A stretch of DNA of 64,000 nt from Curvibacter sp. GTDB lineage: Bacteria > Pseudomonadota > Gammaproteobacteria > Burkholderiales > Burkholderiaceae_C. Where the stretch lies: NCBI GenBank assembly GCA_031426755.1, contig JASJPI010000003.1:101011-165010 (forward strand), given 5' to 3'. Positions 1-10,220 of this stretch are shown piece after piece. Under the pieces are notes generated by a model. It was not told the origin of the DNA and searched no databases. It saw only the letters and a list, made by a program, of their open reading frames with translations. Positions within the stretch are counted from its first letter, which is position 1; each line of letters begins with the position of its first letter. Made by a program: the position numbers and the translations under genes.

Positions 1-108
1 CGGTTACAGTTCAGTCACCCGGCCAGCGGCGAGCGCATCGAGCTGCTGGCGCCGCTGCCCCCTGAACTCGACAAGTTTCTGGCCCATGCCCTGTCCGCCC
101 ATGTCTGA
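1..108 (+). CDS. rluC: RluA-family rRNA pseudouridine synthase, C-terminal end only (gene begins upstream of window)
   Basis: Frame 1 is open from the window edge to TGA 106-108 (RLQFSHPASGERIELLAPLPPELDKFLAHALSAHV*). This resembles RluA/RluC-family C-termini. Position upstream of maf-yceD-rpmF-plsX-fab mirrors the E. coli rluC neighbourhood. Too short for a firm call. Confidence 0.5.
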   Translation, partial: RLQFSHPASGERIELLAPLPPELDKFLAHALSAHV

Positions 109-775
109 ATCCGCCTTTCGCCCCCGGCAGTTCGACCTGATCGCTTTCGACTGGGACGGCACGCTGTTCGACTCCACCCAGATCATCACACGCTGCATCC
201 AGCTGGCGGTGCGCGATGTCGGCGGTACCGTGCCCAGCGACGAGCAGGCGTCCTATGTGATCGGCATGGCGCTGATGCAGGCGCTGGCGCACGCCGCCCC
301 CGACGTGCCGGCCGACAAGTATCCGGAGCTGGGGGCGCGCTACCGCCACCATTACCTGGCGCACCAGAACGACATCAGCCTGTTCGATGGCGTGCTGGCC
401 ATGCTGGGGGATCTCAAGGCGCGCCACCACTGGTTGGCGGTGGCCACGGGGAAAAGCCGCCGGGGTCTGGACGAGGTCCTGCAGACGGTGGAACTCAAGG
501 GCATGTTCGACGGTTCACGCACGGCCGACGAGACCGCCGGCAAGCCGCACCCGCGCATGCTGCAGGAGCTGATGCGCGAGTTCGGCGTCGAGCCGGAGCG
601 CACGCTGATGATCGGCGACACCACGCACGATCTGCAGATGGCGCTCAACGCCGGCTGTGTCAGCGTGGGTGTGAGCTACGGTGCGCACGAGCCCGAGGCC
701 TTCCAGGTCTTGCAGCCGCGCCATGTGGCGCATTCGGTGCGCGACCTGCACGACTGGCTGTTGAATAATGCTTAG
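101..775 (+). CDS. HAD-superfamily hydrolase, phosphoglycolate phosphatase-like
   Basis: DLIAFDWDGTLFDS (DxDGT motif I), ATGKSRRGL, and IGDTTHD near the C-terminus. ATG 101 overlaps the upstream stop (ATGTCTGA). The ORF-track start at 86 is also possible. Confidence 0.8.
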   Translation: MSESAFRPRQFDLIAFDWDGTLFDSTQIITRCIQLAVRDVGGTVPSDEQASYVIGMALMQALAHAAPDVPADKYPELGARYRHHYLAHQNDISLFDGVLAMLGDLKARHHWLAVATGKSRRGLDEVLQTVELKGMFDGSRTADETAGKPHPRMLQELMREFGVEPERTLMIGDTTHDLQMALNAGCVSVGVSYGAHEPEAFQVLQPRHVAHSVRDLHDWLLNNA

Positions 776-853
776 CCCCCACGGTCGTCACTGTGTGTAC
801 TCCCTGCCCCCCGAGGGGGCCGTTGCCGGCCTTGGGGCGGCCCGGCGGCCGGC
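773..853 (+). repeat. Intergenic C-run/G-run hairpin repeat, copy D (subfamily 2)
   Basis: TAGCCCCCACGGTCGTCACTGTGTGTACTCCCTGCCCCCCGAGGGGGCCGTTGCC...GGGGCGGCCCGGCGGCC. It starts at the TAG stop of the HAD gene. It shares the core GCCCCCACG..TCACTnnGTGTA..CTGCCCCCCGAGGGGG with the copy at 20800. Confidence 0.6.
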
Positions 854-868
854 GTGTGCCTGAGCGAT

Positions 869-1237
869 ATGAATGAGGCCCTGATCCCCCTGTGCAATGC
901 CGACGAGCTGCAGGACAGCGGTCTGGCCGTGCCCTTTGACGTGGTCTACCACGGGCAGACCTGCCGCGCCTTTGCCATCCGTTTCGAGGGTCGGGTGCAC
1001 GCCTATGTGAATCGCTGCACCCATGTGGCGATGGAAATGGACTACCAGCCCAACCATTTTTTCGACCCGACCGGCCGCTGGCTCATGTGTGCCACGCATG
1101 GCGCGGTCTATGTGCCCGACACCGGCGCCTGCCGTGGCGGGCCGTGCCGCGGTGGGCTGGCCAAGATCCCCCTCTCCGAACACGACGGTGTCGTGCACTG
1201 GCATACTGCCTACAACCTGAAACCTGTCGAGTTCTGA
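869..1237 (+). CDS. Rieske (2Fe-2S) domain protein
   Basis: Rieske cluster motifs CTH (NRCTHVAMEMD) and CATHG (LMCATHGAVY). ATG 869 lies inside the GTG-854 ORF. Confidence 0.75.
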   Translation: MNEALIPLCNADELQDSGLAVPFDVVYHGQTCRAFAIRFEGRVHAYVNRCTHVAMEMDYQPNHFFDPTGRWLMCATHGAVYVPDTGACRGGPCRGGLAKIPLSEHDGVVHWHTAYNLKPVEF

Positions 1238-1238
1238 C

Positions 1239-2279
1239 ATGAATGATTCCAGCCGCCCCGAAACCCACGACAACATGCAAAACAGTCAGAAAGCCGATAC
1301 CGATACTGCGAAGGAAGCTATCAAAAACGGAGCAAAAGAAGGCCTCGCCGAGACGCCTGGCTGGGAGCGCAGCGTTCTCGAGAAGCTGGCTTTTGCCGCT
1401 TTGGAGGAGCAGCGTGCGGCGCGCCGCTGGCGTCTGATCAGCCGCCTCGGCTGGCTGACGTTCATCGTGCTGCTGGTTGGCATCGGTTTCGGTCTGGGGG
1501 GGCCGGCCAAGAATGTCATCAAGCCGCATACCGCGCTGGTGGAGATCAAGGGCGAGATTGCTTCCGGCTCGGAAGCCAGCGCCGAGCTGGTGGTGTCGTC
1601 CGTCCGCAGCGCCTTCGAGGACCACGGTGCCCAGGCGATCGTGCTGCTGATCAACTCGCCCGGCGGCAGCCCGGTGCAGGCCGGCATCATCAATGACGAA
1701 ATCCGGCGCCTGAAGGCCAAGTACAACAAGCCGGTCTATGCCGTGGTGGAGGAGGCGGCTGCGTCGGCGGCCTACTACATCGCCGTGTCGGCCGACCGGA
1801 TCTACGTCGACAAGGCCAGCATCGTGGGCAGCATCGGCGTGCTGATGGACGGCTTCGGCTTCACCGGCCTGATGGACAAGCTCGGCATCGAGCGCCGCCT
1901 CATGACGGCCGGCGAGAACAAGGGCTTTCTCGATCCGTTCAGCCCGCAGACCGAGAAGCAGCGCGTCTACACCCAGGCCATGCTGGACCAGATCCATCAG
2001 CAATTCATCACCGTGGTCAAGGCCGGGCGCGGCAAACGCCTGAAGGAGTCGCCCGAAATGTTCAGCGGCCTGTTCTGGACTGGCCAACAGGCCGTCGAAC
2101 TTGGCCTGGCCGACCAGCTCGGCAACCTCGACTACGTGGCGCGTGAAGTGGTGAAAGCCGAGGAGGTGGTTGACTACACCCGGCGCGACAACGTGGCCGA
2201 ACGCCTGGTCAAGCGCTTCGGTGCGGCCATTGGCGAAGGCTCGGTCAAGGCGCTGCGCACGCTGCCCGCATTCCGCTGA
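1239..2279 (+). CDS. S49-family serine peptidase (SppA 36K / SohB-like) with N-terminal TM segment
   Basis: 346 aa. Hydrophobic segment LGWLTFIVLLVGIGFGL, then LLINSPGGSPVQAG and AASAAYYIAVSADRIYV, typical of the S49 ClpP-fold family. Confidence 0.8.
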   Translation: MNDSSRPETHDNMQNSQKADTDTAKEAIKNGAKEGLAETPGWERSVLEKLAFAALEEQRAARRWRLISRLGWLTFIVLLVGIGFGLGGPAKNVIKPHTALVEIKGEIASGSEASAELVVSSVRSAFEDHGAQAIVLLINSPGGSPVQAGIINDEIRRLKAKYNKPVYAVVEEAAASAAYYIAVSADRIYVDKASIVGSIGVLMDGFGFTGLMDKLGIERRLMTAGENKGFLDPFSPQTEKQRVYTQAMLDQIHQQFITVVKAGRGKRLKESPEMFSGLFWTGQQAVELGLADQLGNLDYVAREVVKAEEVVDYTRRDNVAERLVKRFGAAIGEGSVKALRTLPAFR

Positions 2280-2300
2280 GTGGCGGCGCCGCGTACGGCG

Positions 2301-3065
2301 TCAGCGCCCGATGGCAAAAACGGCGGGCGTGTTGTTGTCGAGCCTCCAGCCTTGCTGTTTCCACTGCGTGGCGCTGCCGCTGCGGCTTTGTGCGCCGGCC
2401 AGCGTGAGGCCGCTGCTCACCGCCAGCCGGGTGGTGGCTTGCAGGGTCTTGAGCAGGGCGTCCAGCAGGGCAGCGTTGCGGTAGGGCGTCTCGATGAAGA
2501 GCTGGGTCTGCCCGGTCTTCAAGACCAGCGCTTCAAGTTCCTTGATGCGCTGCGCGCGCGCGGCGGCCTCTTGCGGCAGGTAGCCCACAAAAGCGAAATT
2601 CTGACCCGACAGACCACTGGCCGCCAGCGCCAGCAGCAGTGAGACCGGGCCGACCAGCGGCACGACTTCAATCCCCAGTTCGTGCGCGGCGCGCACCACC
2701 GAGGAGCCGGGGTCGGCCACGGCCGGCATGCCGGCTTCGCTGAGCAGTCCGACATCGTGGCCGGCCAGGGCCGCGCCCAGCAGCGGGCGGGCATCGAAGG
2801 TGCCGCCGTGGTCACCTTTCTTGTGCACTTCGCGCGGCAGTTCCTGGATCTGCAGCGCCTGAATGGGGCAGGGCAGGGGATGAAGCTCATTGACGCGTTT
2901 GAGGTAGGCGCGCGCGCTCTTGGCGTTCTCGCACACCCAGTGCTGCAAGCGGGCGGCCACGGCCAGGGTGCCCTGCGGCAGTACTTCGGTCAGCGGCGTT
3001 TGCGTCGTGCAGCCGAAGTCCAGCGGCGCCGGCACCAGGTAGAGCTTTCCTGTGGGGGCGCTCAT
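2301..3065 (-). CDS. SAM-dependent methyltransferase, tetrapyrrole-methylase (RsmI-like) fold
   Basis: 254 aa. N-terminus KLYLVPAPLDFG and mid-region LLSEAGMPAVADPGS resemble RsmI-type methylases. Its start shares 1 nt with the maf stop. Confidence 0.6.
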   Translation of the reverse strand: MSAPTGKLYLVPAPLDFGCTTQTPLTEVLPQGTLAVAARLQHWVCENAKSARAYLKRVNELHPLPCPIQALQIQELPREVHKKGDHGGTFDARPLLGAALAGHDVGLLSEAGMPAVADPGSSVVRAAHELGIEVVPLVGPVSLLLALAASGLSGQNFAFVGYLPQEAAARAQRIKELEALVLKTGQTQLFIETPYRNAALLDALLKTLQATTRLAVSSGLTLAGAQSRSGSATQWKQQGWRLDNNTPAVFAIGR

Positions 3066-3676
3066 CAGGCGGCTTTCTGCGGCGGGAGCAAGGCCAGGCC
3101 GGCGGCGCGCAGCAGGCCGGTAGTGCGGATCAAGGGCAGGCCGACCAGGGCGGTGGGGTCGTCGTTCTCGATCGATGCCAGCAGCGTGATGCCCAGGCCT
3201 TCGCTCTTGGCGCTGCCGGCACAGTCGTACGGTGTCTCGGCCCGCAGGTAGGCCTCGATCTCGGCGTCGCCCAGGTCGCGAAAGCGCACGCGCACCGGTG
3301 CCAGATCCACCTGCTCGAAGCCGGTGTCATGGCAGACCACGGCCACGGCGGTCTGGAACACCACGGTTTTTCCGCGCATCTGGCGCAGCTGGGCCACGGC
3401 GCGTTCGTGTGTGCCGGGCTTGCCCAGCGGCTGGCCGTCGAGGTCGGCCACCTGGTCCGAGCCGATCACCACCGCCGCCGGAAAGCGGGCGGCCACGGCG
3501 TGCGCCTTGGCCAGTGCCAGGCGGCAGGCCAGCTCGCGCGGGGTTTCGTCGGGCTGCGGTGTTTCGTCGACCTCGGGTGAGGCGACATCGAAAGGCAGGC
3601 GCAGGCGTGCCAGCAGTTCGCGCCGGTAAGGGGAGGTCGAACCCAGCACCAGTTGTCGGGATGCAATGTCAGTCAT
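3065..3676 (-). CDS. maf: Maf-like nucleoside triphosphate pyrophosphatase (YceF type)
   Basis: 203 aa. LVLGSTSPYRRELLARLRLPF...VIGSDQV...GKP...AGSAKSEGLG are Maf family hallmarks. Divergent from yceD, as in E. coli. Confidence 0.85.
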   Translation of the reverse strand: MTDIASRQLVLGSTSPYRRELLARLRLPFDVASPEVDETPQPDETPRELACRLALAKAHAVAARFPAAVVIGSDQVADLDGQPLGKPGTHERAVAQLRQMRGKTVVFQTAVAVVCHDTGFEQVDLAPVRVRFRDLGDAEIEAYLRAETPYDCAGSAKSEGLGITLLASIENDDPTALVGLPLIRTTGLLRAAGLALLPPQKAA

Positions 3677-3701
3677 GGTTCGATTCTCTTACACTGCCGG
3701 G

Positions 3702-4250
3702 ATGTCACATGAGTTTGTTGCCACCCGGCTCGACGTCAAGGCCTTTGCCAAGGCCGGCGCCGTCCTGTCCGGGCAAGATTTGCTATCGAAGTACCTGCGT
3801 CTGCTGGAGGAAGCCGGTGGCCAGGGGGCTGACCGGGCCGTGCAATGGGAAGCGCGCGGCGAAACGCATGCCGATGCCAGCGGCTTGGCCCAGGTCTGGC
3901 TGCATTTGAGCGCGCAGGTGACCCTGCCGCTGACCTGTCAGCGCTGCCTGGGGCCGGCCGATATCGCGCTGACGGTGGACCGTTCTTTCCGCTTTGTCGC
4001 CAGCGAGGAGCAGGCTGAAGCCGAGGACGAAGAGGCCGAGGAGGATGTGCTGGTTCTGAGCCGCGACTTCAACCTGTACGAGCTGATCGAGGACGAGTTG
4101 TTGATGGAGTTGCCCGTGGTGCCGCGCCATGAGGTCTGCCCGACCGAGCTCAAACTGGCGGCGCAGGACGCTGATTTCGAGGCGGCGCAGGCCGAAAAAC
4201 CCAACCCCTTTGCCGCCTTGGCCGGGCTCAAGGGCGGCAAGTCCAACTGA
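3702..4250 (+). CDS. yceD: YceD/DUF177 family protein (large-subunit rRNA accumulation protein)
   Basis: Sits immediately upstream of rpmF. Has a CxxC (TCQRCL), an acidic EEQAEAEDEEAEED stretch and LMELPVVPRH. ATG 3702 is preferred over 3666, which overlaps the maf start. Confidence 0.8.
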   Translation: MSHEFVATRLDVKAFAKAGAVLSGQDLLSKYLRLLEEAGGQGADRAVQWEARGETHADASGLAQVWLHLSAQVTLPLTCQRCLGPADIALTVDRSFRFVASEEQAEAEDEEAEEDVLVLSRDFNLYELIEDELLMELPVVPRHEVCPTELKLAAQDADFEAAQAEKPNPFAALAGLKGGKSN

Positions 4251-4288
4251 GCATTTTGGGAAACTGGCGCAAAATCAACCAGTTAGGC

Positions 4289-4294
4289 TATAAT
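4289..4294 (+). promoter_or_regulatory. Candidate -10 hexamer TATAAT upstream of rpmF
   Basis: A perfect TATAAT in GC-rich context, followed by TCAAGGCTT. The same TATAAT-nC-n-AGG-YTT arrangement occurs upstream of rpsP and rplS. No convincing -35 was seen. Confidence 0.35.
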
Positions 4295-4390
4295 TCAAGG
4301 CTTCGCGCAGACCCAACCTGCGCAGACCCACCAACCTTTGAACAACCCCTGCCGTGCGGTGTCCGCATGGCATAAGACCAGGAGCCGATC

Positions 4391-4573
4391 ATGGCCGTCC
4401 AGCAAAACAAAAAGTCGCCTTCCAAGCGCGGTATGCACCGTTCGCACAATGCACTGAATGTGCCTGGCATCGCTGTGGAACCCACCACTGGCGAAACCCA
4501 CCTGCGCCACCACATCAGCCCGAATGGTTTCTACCGTGGCCGCCAGGTGCTCAAGACCAAGTCTGAAGCCTGA
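4391..4573 (+). CDS. rpmF: 50S ribosomal protein L32
   Basis: [19 protein letters not shown]... is the canonical L32 N-terminus. GGAG lies 7 nt upstream. Confidence 0.97.
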   Translation: MAVQQNKKSPSKRGMHRSHNALNVPGIAVEPTTGETHLRHHISPNGFYRGRQVLKTKSEA

Positions 4574-4590
4574 TCAAGCCTGACTGCCCA

Positions 4591-4631
4591 AGGCCCGAAG
4601 CTACCAAGCAGTAGCCTCGGGCCTTTGTCTT
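4591..4631 (+). terminator. Stem-loop after rpmF (terminator/attenuator)
   Basis: AGGCCCGAAGCTAC-N6-GTAGCCTCGGGCCT followed by TTGTCTT. The U-tract is weak, so this may be a partial terminator ahead of plsX. Confidence 0.45.
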
Positions 4632-4678
4632 GATGCCGAACGCATTCGGTTTTCTTTGTCTGATCGCGCTGCCTACCC

Positions 4679-5704
4679 ATGATCACGATTGCTGTTGACT
4701 GCATGGGGGGCGATCACGGCCCCCGCGTCACGCTCGCTGCGTGCCGCCATTTCCTCGAACGCCACCCCGATGCCGAGTTGCTGCTGGTCGGCCTGCCCGA
4801 CAGCCTGGCGGGTCTGAGCCATGCGCGTGCGCGCGTGGTGGCAGCGACCGAGGTCGTGGGTATGGACGACCCGATCGAGGTGGCGCTGCGCCGCAAGAAG
4901 GATTCGTCCATGCGCGTGGCCATCCAGCAGGTCAAGGACGGGGTGGCTCAGGCGGTGGTCTCGGCCGGCAACACCGGTGCCTTGATGGCCATTGCCCGCT
5001 ACCTGCTCAAAACCGTGGACGGGATTGACCGCCCGGCCATTGCGGCGCAGATCCCCAACGCCAAAGGAGGCGGCACCACGGTGCTGGATCTGGGGGCCAA
5101 CGTGGATTGCTCGGCCGAGCACCTGCTGCAATTTGCCGTCATGGGGTCGGCCCTGGTGTCGGTTCTCAATGACGACCAGAACCCTTCGGTCGGCTTGCTC
5201 AATATTGGTGAAGAAGTCATTAAAGGTAATGAAATCATCAAAAAATCAGGCGAACTGCTTCGATTGGCGGCCAACTCCGGTGATCTGAATTTCTTTGGCA
5301 ACGTCGAGGGCAACGATATTTTCAAGGGAACCACCGATATCGTGGTCTGCGACGGTTTTGTCGGCAATGTGGCCCTCAAGACCAGCGAAGGCCTGGCCTC
5401 GATGATCGGCAGCTTCCTCAAGCAAGAGTTCTCGCGCAACATCTTCACAAGATTTGCTGCCATTTGCGCTTATCCGGTTCTTTCTGTCTTTAAAAAACGG
5501 ATGGACCACCGGCGCTACAATGGTGCCGCACTGCTGGGTCTGCGAGGCTTGGTATTCAAGAGCCATGGGTCGGCTGATGCCTTCGCTTTTGAGCAGGCCT
5601 TGAACCGCGCGTATGATGCAGCCCGTAACAAGCTGCTCGACCGGGTCCAGGCCCGCATCGCGCATGCAGCGCCGCTGCTGGCGGGTGTTGCCGGCGCGGA
5701 GTAG
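4679..5704 (+). CDS. plsX: Phosphate acyltransferase PlsX
   Basis: 341 aa. [15 protein letters not shown]..., SAGNTGA and GxxGLxFKSHG are PlsX hallmarks. rpmF-plsX-fabH synteny. Confidence 0.95.
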   Translation: MITIAVDCMGGDHGPRVTLAACRHFLERHPDAELLLVGLPDSLAGLSHARARVVAATEVVGMDDPIEVALRRKKDSSMRVAIQQVKDGVAQAVVSAGNTGALMAIARYLLKTVDGIDRPAIAAQIPNAKGGGTTVLDLGANVDCSAEHLLQFAVMGSALVSVLNDDQNPSVGLLNIGEEVIKGNEIIKKSGELLRLAANSGDLNFFGNVEGNDIFKGTTDIVVCDGFVGNVALKTSEGLASMIGSFLKQEFSRNIFTRFAAICAYPVLSVFKKRMDHRRYNGAALLGLRGLVFKSHGSADAFAFEQALNRAYDAARNKLLDRVQARIAHAAPLLAGVAGAE

Positions 5705-5758
5705 CCGGTAATCTCGGTAATGGTCCGGCCGACGCTGGGCAAACCAACAGAACAATTC

Positions 5759-6736
5759 ATGAGACGTTATTCCCGCATCACTGGTACTGGCAGCTACCTG
5801 CCGACCCGCCGTTTGAGCAATGCCCAGCTGGTGGCTGAACTGGCCACGCAAGGGGTGGAAACTTCCGACGACTGGATTGTCGAGCGCACGGGCATCCGGG
5901 CCCGGCATTTCGCCGCGCCGGACGAGTGCAGCAGCGACCTGGGGGCCGCAGCGGCCAGGAATGCCCTGCAGGCGGCCGGCCTGCAAGCGCAGGACATTGA
6001 CCTGATCATCGTCGCCACGTCCACGCCGGACATGGTGTTTCCCTCCACCGCCTGCATTCTGCAGAACAAGCTGGGTGCCCACGGCTGCCCTGCCTTTGAC
6101 GTGCAGGCGGTTTGCAGCGGCTTTATTTATGCGCTGACCCTGGCCGACGCCATGATCCAGACCGGCGCTGCCAGCCGGGCGCTGGTGATTGGTGCCGAGG
6201 TTTTCTCGCGCATCCTCGATTTCAAGGACCGCACCACCTGCGTGCTGTTCGGCGACGGTGCGGGTGCCGTGGTGCTGGAAGCGTCCGACAAGCCGGGCAT
6301 CCTGGCCAGCGATCTGCATGCCGATGGCAAGCACGTGGGCATTTTGTGCGTGCCGGGCCATGTGTCGGGCGGCAATGTGCTGGGTGACCCGCTCCTCAAG
6401 ATGGATGGACAGGCGGTTTTCAAGCTGGCGGTCGGGGTGCTCGAAGAGACGGCCCGCGCCACGCTGGCCAAGGCCGGCAAGCAGGACACCGACATCGACT
6501 GGCTGATCCCGCACCAGGCCAACATCCGCATCATGCAGAGCACGGCCAAGAAGCTGAAGTTGCCGATGGACAAGGTTATCGTGACCGTGGATCAGCATGG
6601 CAACACGTCGGCCGCCTCGATTCCGCTGGCGCTGGACGCGGCAGTGCGTGGCGGTCAGGTCAAGCCGGGTCAACTGGTCATGCTCGAGGGCGTGGGCGGC
6701 GGCTTCACCTGGGGTTCGGTGCTCTTGACGATGTAG
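5759..6736 (+). CDS. fabH: 3-oxoacyl-ACP synthase III
   Basis: [15 protein letters not shown], active-site region [18 protein letters not shown] and GNTSAAS. ATG 5759 lies inside the ORF-track 5720 ORF. Confidence 0.95.
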   Translation: MRRYSRITGTGSYLPTRRLSNAQLVAELATQGVETSDDWIVERTGIRARHFAAPDECSSDLGAAAARNALQAAGLQAQDIDLIIVATSTPDMVFPSTACILQNKLGAHGCPAFDVQAVCSGFIYALTLADAMIQTGAASRALVIGAEVFSRILDFKDRTTCVLFGDGAGAVVLEASDKPGILASDLHADGKHVGILCVPGHVSGGNVLGDPLLKMDGQAVFKLAVGVLEETARATLAKAGKQDTDIDWLIPHQANIRIMQSTAKKLKLPMDKVIVTVDQHGNTSAASIPLALDAAVRGGQVKPGQLVMLEGVGGGFTWGSVLLTM

Positions 6737-6799
6737 CGCCTGGCGCCCATGCAGCAAGGCCTGAAGCCTGAATCCATCCACTATTTCTGACGAATCACG

Positions 6800-7750
6800 A
6801 TGAAACCGTTTGCCTTTGTCTTTCCCGGTCAGGGCTCGCAGTCGGTCGGCATGCTCGACGGCTGGGGTGACCACCCGGTGGTGCTCGAAGCCCTGAAGGA
6901 AGCGTCCGACGCCCTGGGCGAGGACGTGGCCAAGCTGATCAAGGACGGCCCCAAGGAGGCGCTGGCCCTGACCACCAATACCCAGCCGGTGATGCTGGTG
7001 TCTGCGGTGGCGGCTTACCGCGTCTGGATGAGCGAGACCGGCGTGGCGCCGGCCGCCGTGGCGGGTCATTCGCTGGGCGAGTACTCGGCCATGGTGGCTG
7101 CCGGCGTGCTGACGCTGGCACAGGCCACGCCGCTGGTGCGCCTGCGTGCCCAGGCCATGCAGGAAGCGGTGCCGGTGGGCACCGGTGCCATGGCGGCCAT
7201 TCTCGGCATGGAAGCGGCCAAGGTGATCGCCGGTTGTGCCGAGGTGACGCAGTCTTTCGGTGCCGATTCGGCGGAAGTGGTCGAGGCGGTCAATTTCAAC
7301 GATCCGGCGCAGACCGTGATCGCCGGCTCCAAAGCCGCGGTGGAAAAAGCCTGCGAGGTGCTGAAAGCCAATGGTGCCAAGCGCGCGTTGCCGCTGCCGG
7401 TGTCGGCGCCGTTCCACTCCAGCCTGATGAAGCCGGCCGCCGAGAAGCTGCGCGAACGGCTGGAAACGGTGGAGTTCGGCGTGCCGCAGATGGCGTTGAT
7501 CAACAACATCGATGTGGCGGTGGAAACCGATGCCGACCGCATCCGCGATGCGCTGTACCGTCAGGCTTTCGGCCCGGTGCGCTGGGTCGAGTGCGTGCAG
7601 GCCATCAAGGCGCACGGCATCACCACGATCGTGGAATGTGGCCCGGGCAAGGTGCTGGCCGGCATGGTCAAGCGCATCGATGCGGAACTGACCGGTGCTG
7701 CCCTGTACGATCCGGCAACGCTGGCTGAAGTGAAAGGACTGGTTCTATGA
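6800..7750 (+). CDS. fabD: Malonyl CoA-ACP transacylase
   Basis: FVFPGQGSQSVGM and GHSLGEYSA active-site motifs. 316 aa. Confidence 0.95.
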   Translation: MKPFAFVFPGQGSQSVGMLDGWGDHPVVLEALKEASDALGEDVAKLIKDGPKEALALTTNTQPVMLVSAVAAYRVWMSETGVAPAAVAGHSLGEYSAMVAAGVLTLAQATPLVRLRAQAMQEAVPVGTGAMAAILGMEAAKVIAGCAEVTQSFGADSAEVVEAVNFNDPAQTVIAGSKAAVEKACEVLKANGAKRALPLPVSAPFHSSLMKPAAEKLRERLETVEFGVPQMALINNIDVAVETDADRIRDALYRQAFGPVRWVECVQAIKAHGITTIVECGPGKVLAGMVKRIDAELTGAALYDPATLAEVKGLVL

Positions 7751-8493
7751 GTGAAGTCAAATTCGAAGGCCAGGTGGCACTGGTGACCGGCGCCTCGCGC
7801 GGCATCGGTGCGGCCATTGCACACGAACTGGCGCATCGCGGTCTGCAGGTCATCGGCACGGCCACCAGTGATGAAGGCGCGCAGAAGATCAGCGCGGCCC
7901 TGGCTTCATTCGACGGCTGCCGTGGCGTCAAGCTCAATGTGAATGATGCCGAAGGCTGCGAAGCCCTGATCGAGACCATCGTCAAGCAGCAAGGTGGTCT
8001 GCACGTGCTGGTCAACAATGCCGGCATCACGCGCGACAACCTGGCCATGCGCATGAAGGACGGCGAGTGGGACGAGGTGATTGACACCAACCTCAAGGCG
8101 GTATTCCGCCTGAGCCGCGCCGTCATCCGCCCCATGATGAAGCAGCGCTACGGCCGCATCATCAGCATCACCTCAGTGGTGGGTGCCTCGGGCAACCCGG
8201 GCCAGGCCAATTACGCTGCGGCCAAGGCCGGTGTGGCCGGCATGACGCGCGCCCTGGCGCGCGAACTGGGTTCGCGCACCATCACGGTCAACTGCGTCGC
8301 GCCGGGTTTCATCGAAACCGACATGACGGCACATTTGCCGGACGAACAACAGAAGGCCCTGCTGAGCCAGATTCCGCTGGGCCATCTGGGCAAGCCGGCC
8401 GACATCGCGCATGCGGTAGCCTACCTGGCGTCGCCGCAGGCCGGCTATGTGACGGGGCAGGAATTGCATGTCAACGGCGGCATGTTTATGTAA
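7747..8493 (+). CDS. fabG: 3-oxoacyl-ACP reductase
   Basis: SDR motifs VTGASRGIG, NNAG and YAAAKAG. ATGA overlap with the fabD stop. Confidence 0.95.
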   Translation: MSEVKFEGQVALVTGASRGIGAAIAHELAHRGLQVIGTATSDEGAQKISAALASFDGCRGVKLNVNDAEGCEALIETIVKQQGGLHVLVNNAGITRDNLAMRMKDGEWDEVIDTNLKAVFRLSRAVIRPMMKQRYGRIISITSVVGASGNPGQANYAAAKAGVAGMTRALARELGSRTITVNCVAPGFIETDMTAHLPDEQQKALLSQIPLGHLGKPADIAHAVAYLASPQAGYVTGQELHVNGGMFM

Positions 8494-8832
<339 letters not shown>

Positions 8833-8879
8833 TGGCATTCCCCGCGGTACGGACACCTTCGTCATCGTACCGCACCGCC

Positions 8880-8934
8880 CTGTGAGCGGCACGGCGCCCA
8901 ATGGGCGCGCCGCTCACGGTGGTTCCAGTTTTTT
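8880..8934 (+). terminator. Stem-loop plus T-run between acpP and fabF (attenuator/terminator)
   Basis: CTGTGAGCGGC...GCCGCTCACGG followed by TGGTTCCAGTTTTTT. A second hairpin GGTACG-N13-CGTACC lies just upstream (8846-8871). Confidence 0.5.
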
Positions 8935-8953
8935 GTAGCCAACACAGAAATCT

Positions 8954-10198
8954 ATGTCCCGTCGTCGCGTTGTCGTAACAGGTCTGGGCTGTATCAGCCC
9001 CGTGGGTAATACCGTGGGCGATGCCTGGTCCAATCTGCTGGCCGGGCAGTCCGGCATTGACCTGATCACCAAGTTCGATGCCACCAACTTCGCCTGCAAG
9101 GTTGCTGGCGAGGTGAAGGGCTTCGACCTGGATTCGTACATCGGCTCCAAAGAAGCGCGCACGATGGACACCTTCATTCATTACGGCATCGCTGCCGCGG
9201 CGCAGGCCGTGGCCGATGCCGGCCTGCCCACGGGCGAGGCGCTGAGTGAGGAGCAGGCCTGCCGCATCGGCTGCATGATCGGCTCCGGCATCGGCGGTCT
9301 GCCGCTGATCGAGGACACCCATGCCGAGTTGACCAACCGTGGTCCGCGCCGGATTTCCCCCTTCTTTGTGCCGGCCTCCATCATCAACATGATCTCGGGT
9401 CATGTGTCGATGCGCTTCGGCTTCAAGGGCCCCAATCTCGCCATCGTGACGGCCTGCACTACCGGCTTGCACAACATTGGCGATGCCGGGCGCATGATCG
9501 AATATGGCGATGCCGATGTCATGGTCGCCGGCGGTTCCGAAGCCACGGTTTCCCCGCTGGGCGTCGGTGGTTTTGCCGCCATGCGTGCACTCTCCACCCG
9601 CAACGACGATCCCAAGACGGCATCCCGCCCCTGGGACAAGGACCGCGACGGTTTCGTGCTGGGCGAAGGCGCGGGTGTCATGGTGCTGGAAGAGTACGAG
9701 CACGCCAAGGCCCGCGGCGCCAAGATCTACGCCGAACTGGTTGGCTTCGGCATGAGTGCCGATGCCGGCCACATGACCGCACCCAGCATGGACGGCCCGC
9801 GCCGTGCCATGGTGTCGGCCTTGCGCAATGCCGGCATCAATGCCGACCAGGTGGACTACCTCAACGCGCATGGCACCTCCACGCCGCTGGGCGACATCAA
9901 CGAAACCAACGCCATCAAGGCGGCGTTGGGTGACCACGCCAGGAAGACGGTGGTCAACTCCACCAAGTCCATGACCGGACACCTGCTGGGTGGTGCCGGT
10001 GGCATCGAATCCGTGTTCACGGTGCTGGCCGTGCACGAGCAGAAGAGTCCGCCGACCATCAATATCTTCAACCAGGATCCCGAATGTGATCTCGACTACT
10101 GCGCCAATACCGCGCGGGACATGAAGATCGACGTGGCAGTGAAGAACAATTTCGGCTTCGGCGGGACCAACGGTACGCTTGTGTTCAAGCGGATCTGA
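8954..10198 (+). CDS. fabF: 3-oxoacyl-ACP synthase II
   Basis: 414 aa. RRVVVTGLG, active-site [14 protein letters not shown] and GHLLGGAG motifs. Confidence 0.95.
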   Translation: MSRRRVVVTGLGCISPVGNTVGDAWSNLLAGQSGIDLITKFDATNFACKVAGEVKGFDLDSYIGSKEARTMDTFIHYGIAAAAQAVADAGLPTGEALSEEQACRIGCMIGSGIGGLPLIEDTHAELTNRGPRRISPFFVPASIINMISGHVSMRFGFKGPNLAIVTACTTGLHNIGDAGRMIEYGDADVMVAGGSEATVSPLGVGGFAAMRALSTRNDDPKTASRPWDKDRDGFVLGEGAGVMVLEEYEHAKARGAKIYAELVGFGMSADAGHMTAPSMDGPRRAMVSALRNAGINADQVDYLNAHGTSTPLGDINETNAIKAALGDHARKTVVNSTKSMTGHLLGGAGGIESVFTVLAVHEQKSPPTINIFNQDPECDLDYCANTARDMKIDVAVKNNFGFGGTNGTLVFKRI

Positions 10199-10220
10199 CG
10201 CTTCCGGTCGAGCTTTCAGC

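Noticed and set aside
5246-7615. 789-aa ORF on the reverse strand spanning plsX, fabH and fabD
   Set aside because: It is antisense to three unmistakable fatty-acid synthesis genes. The protein is Arg/Gly/His-rich low-complexity sequence, typical of stop-free antisense frames in GC3-rich coding DNA.
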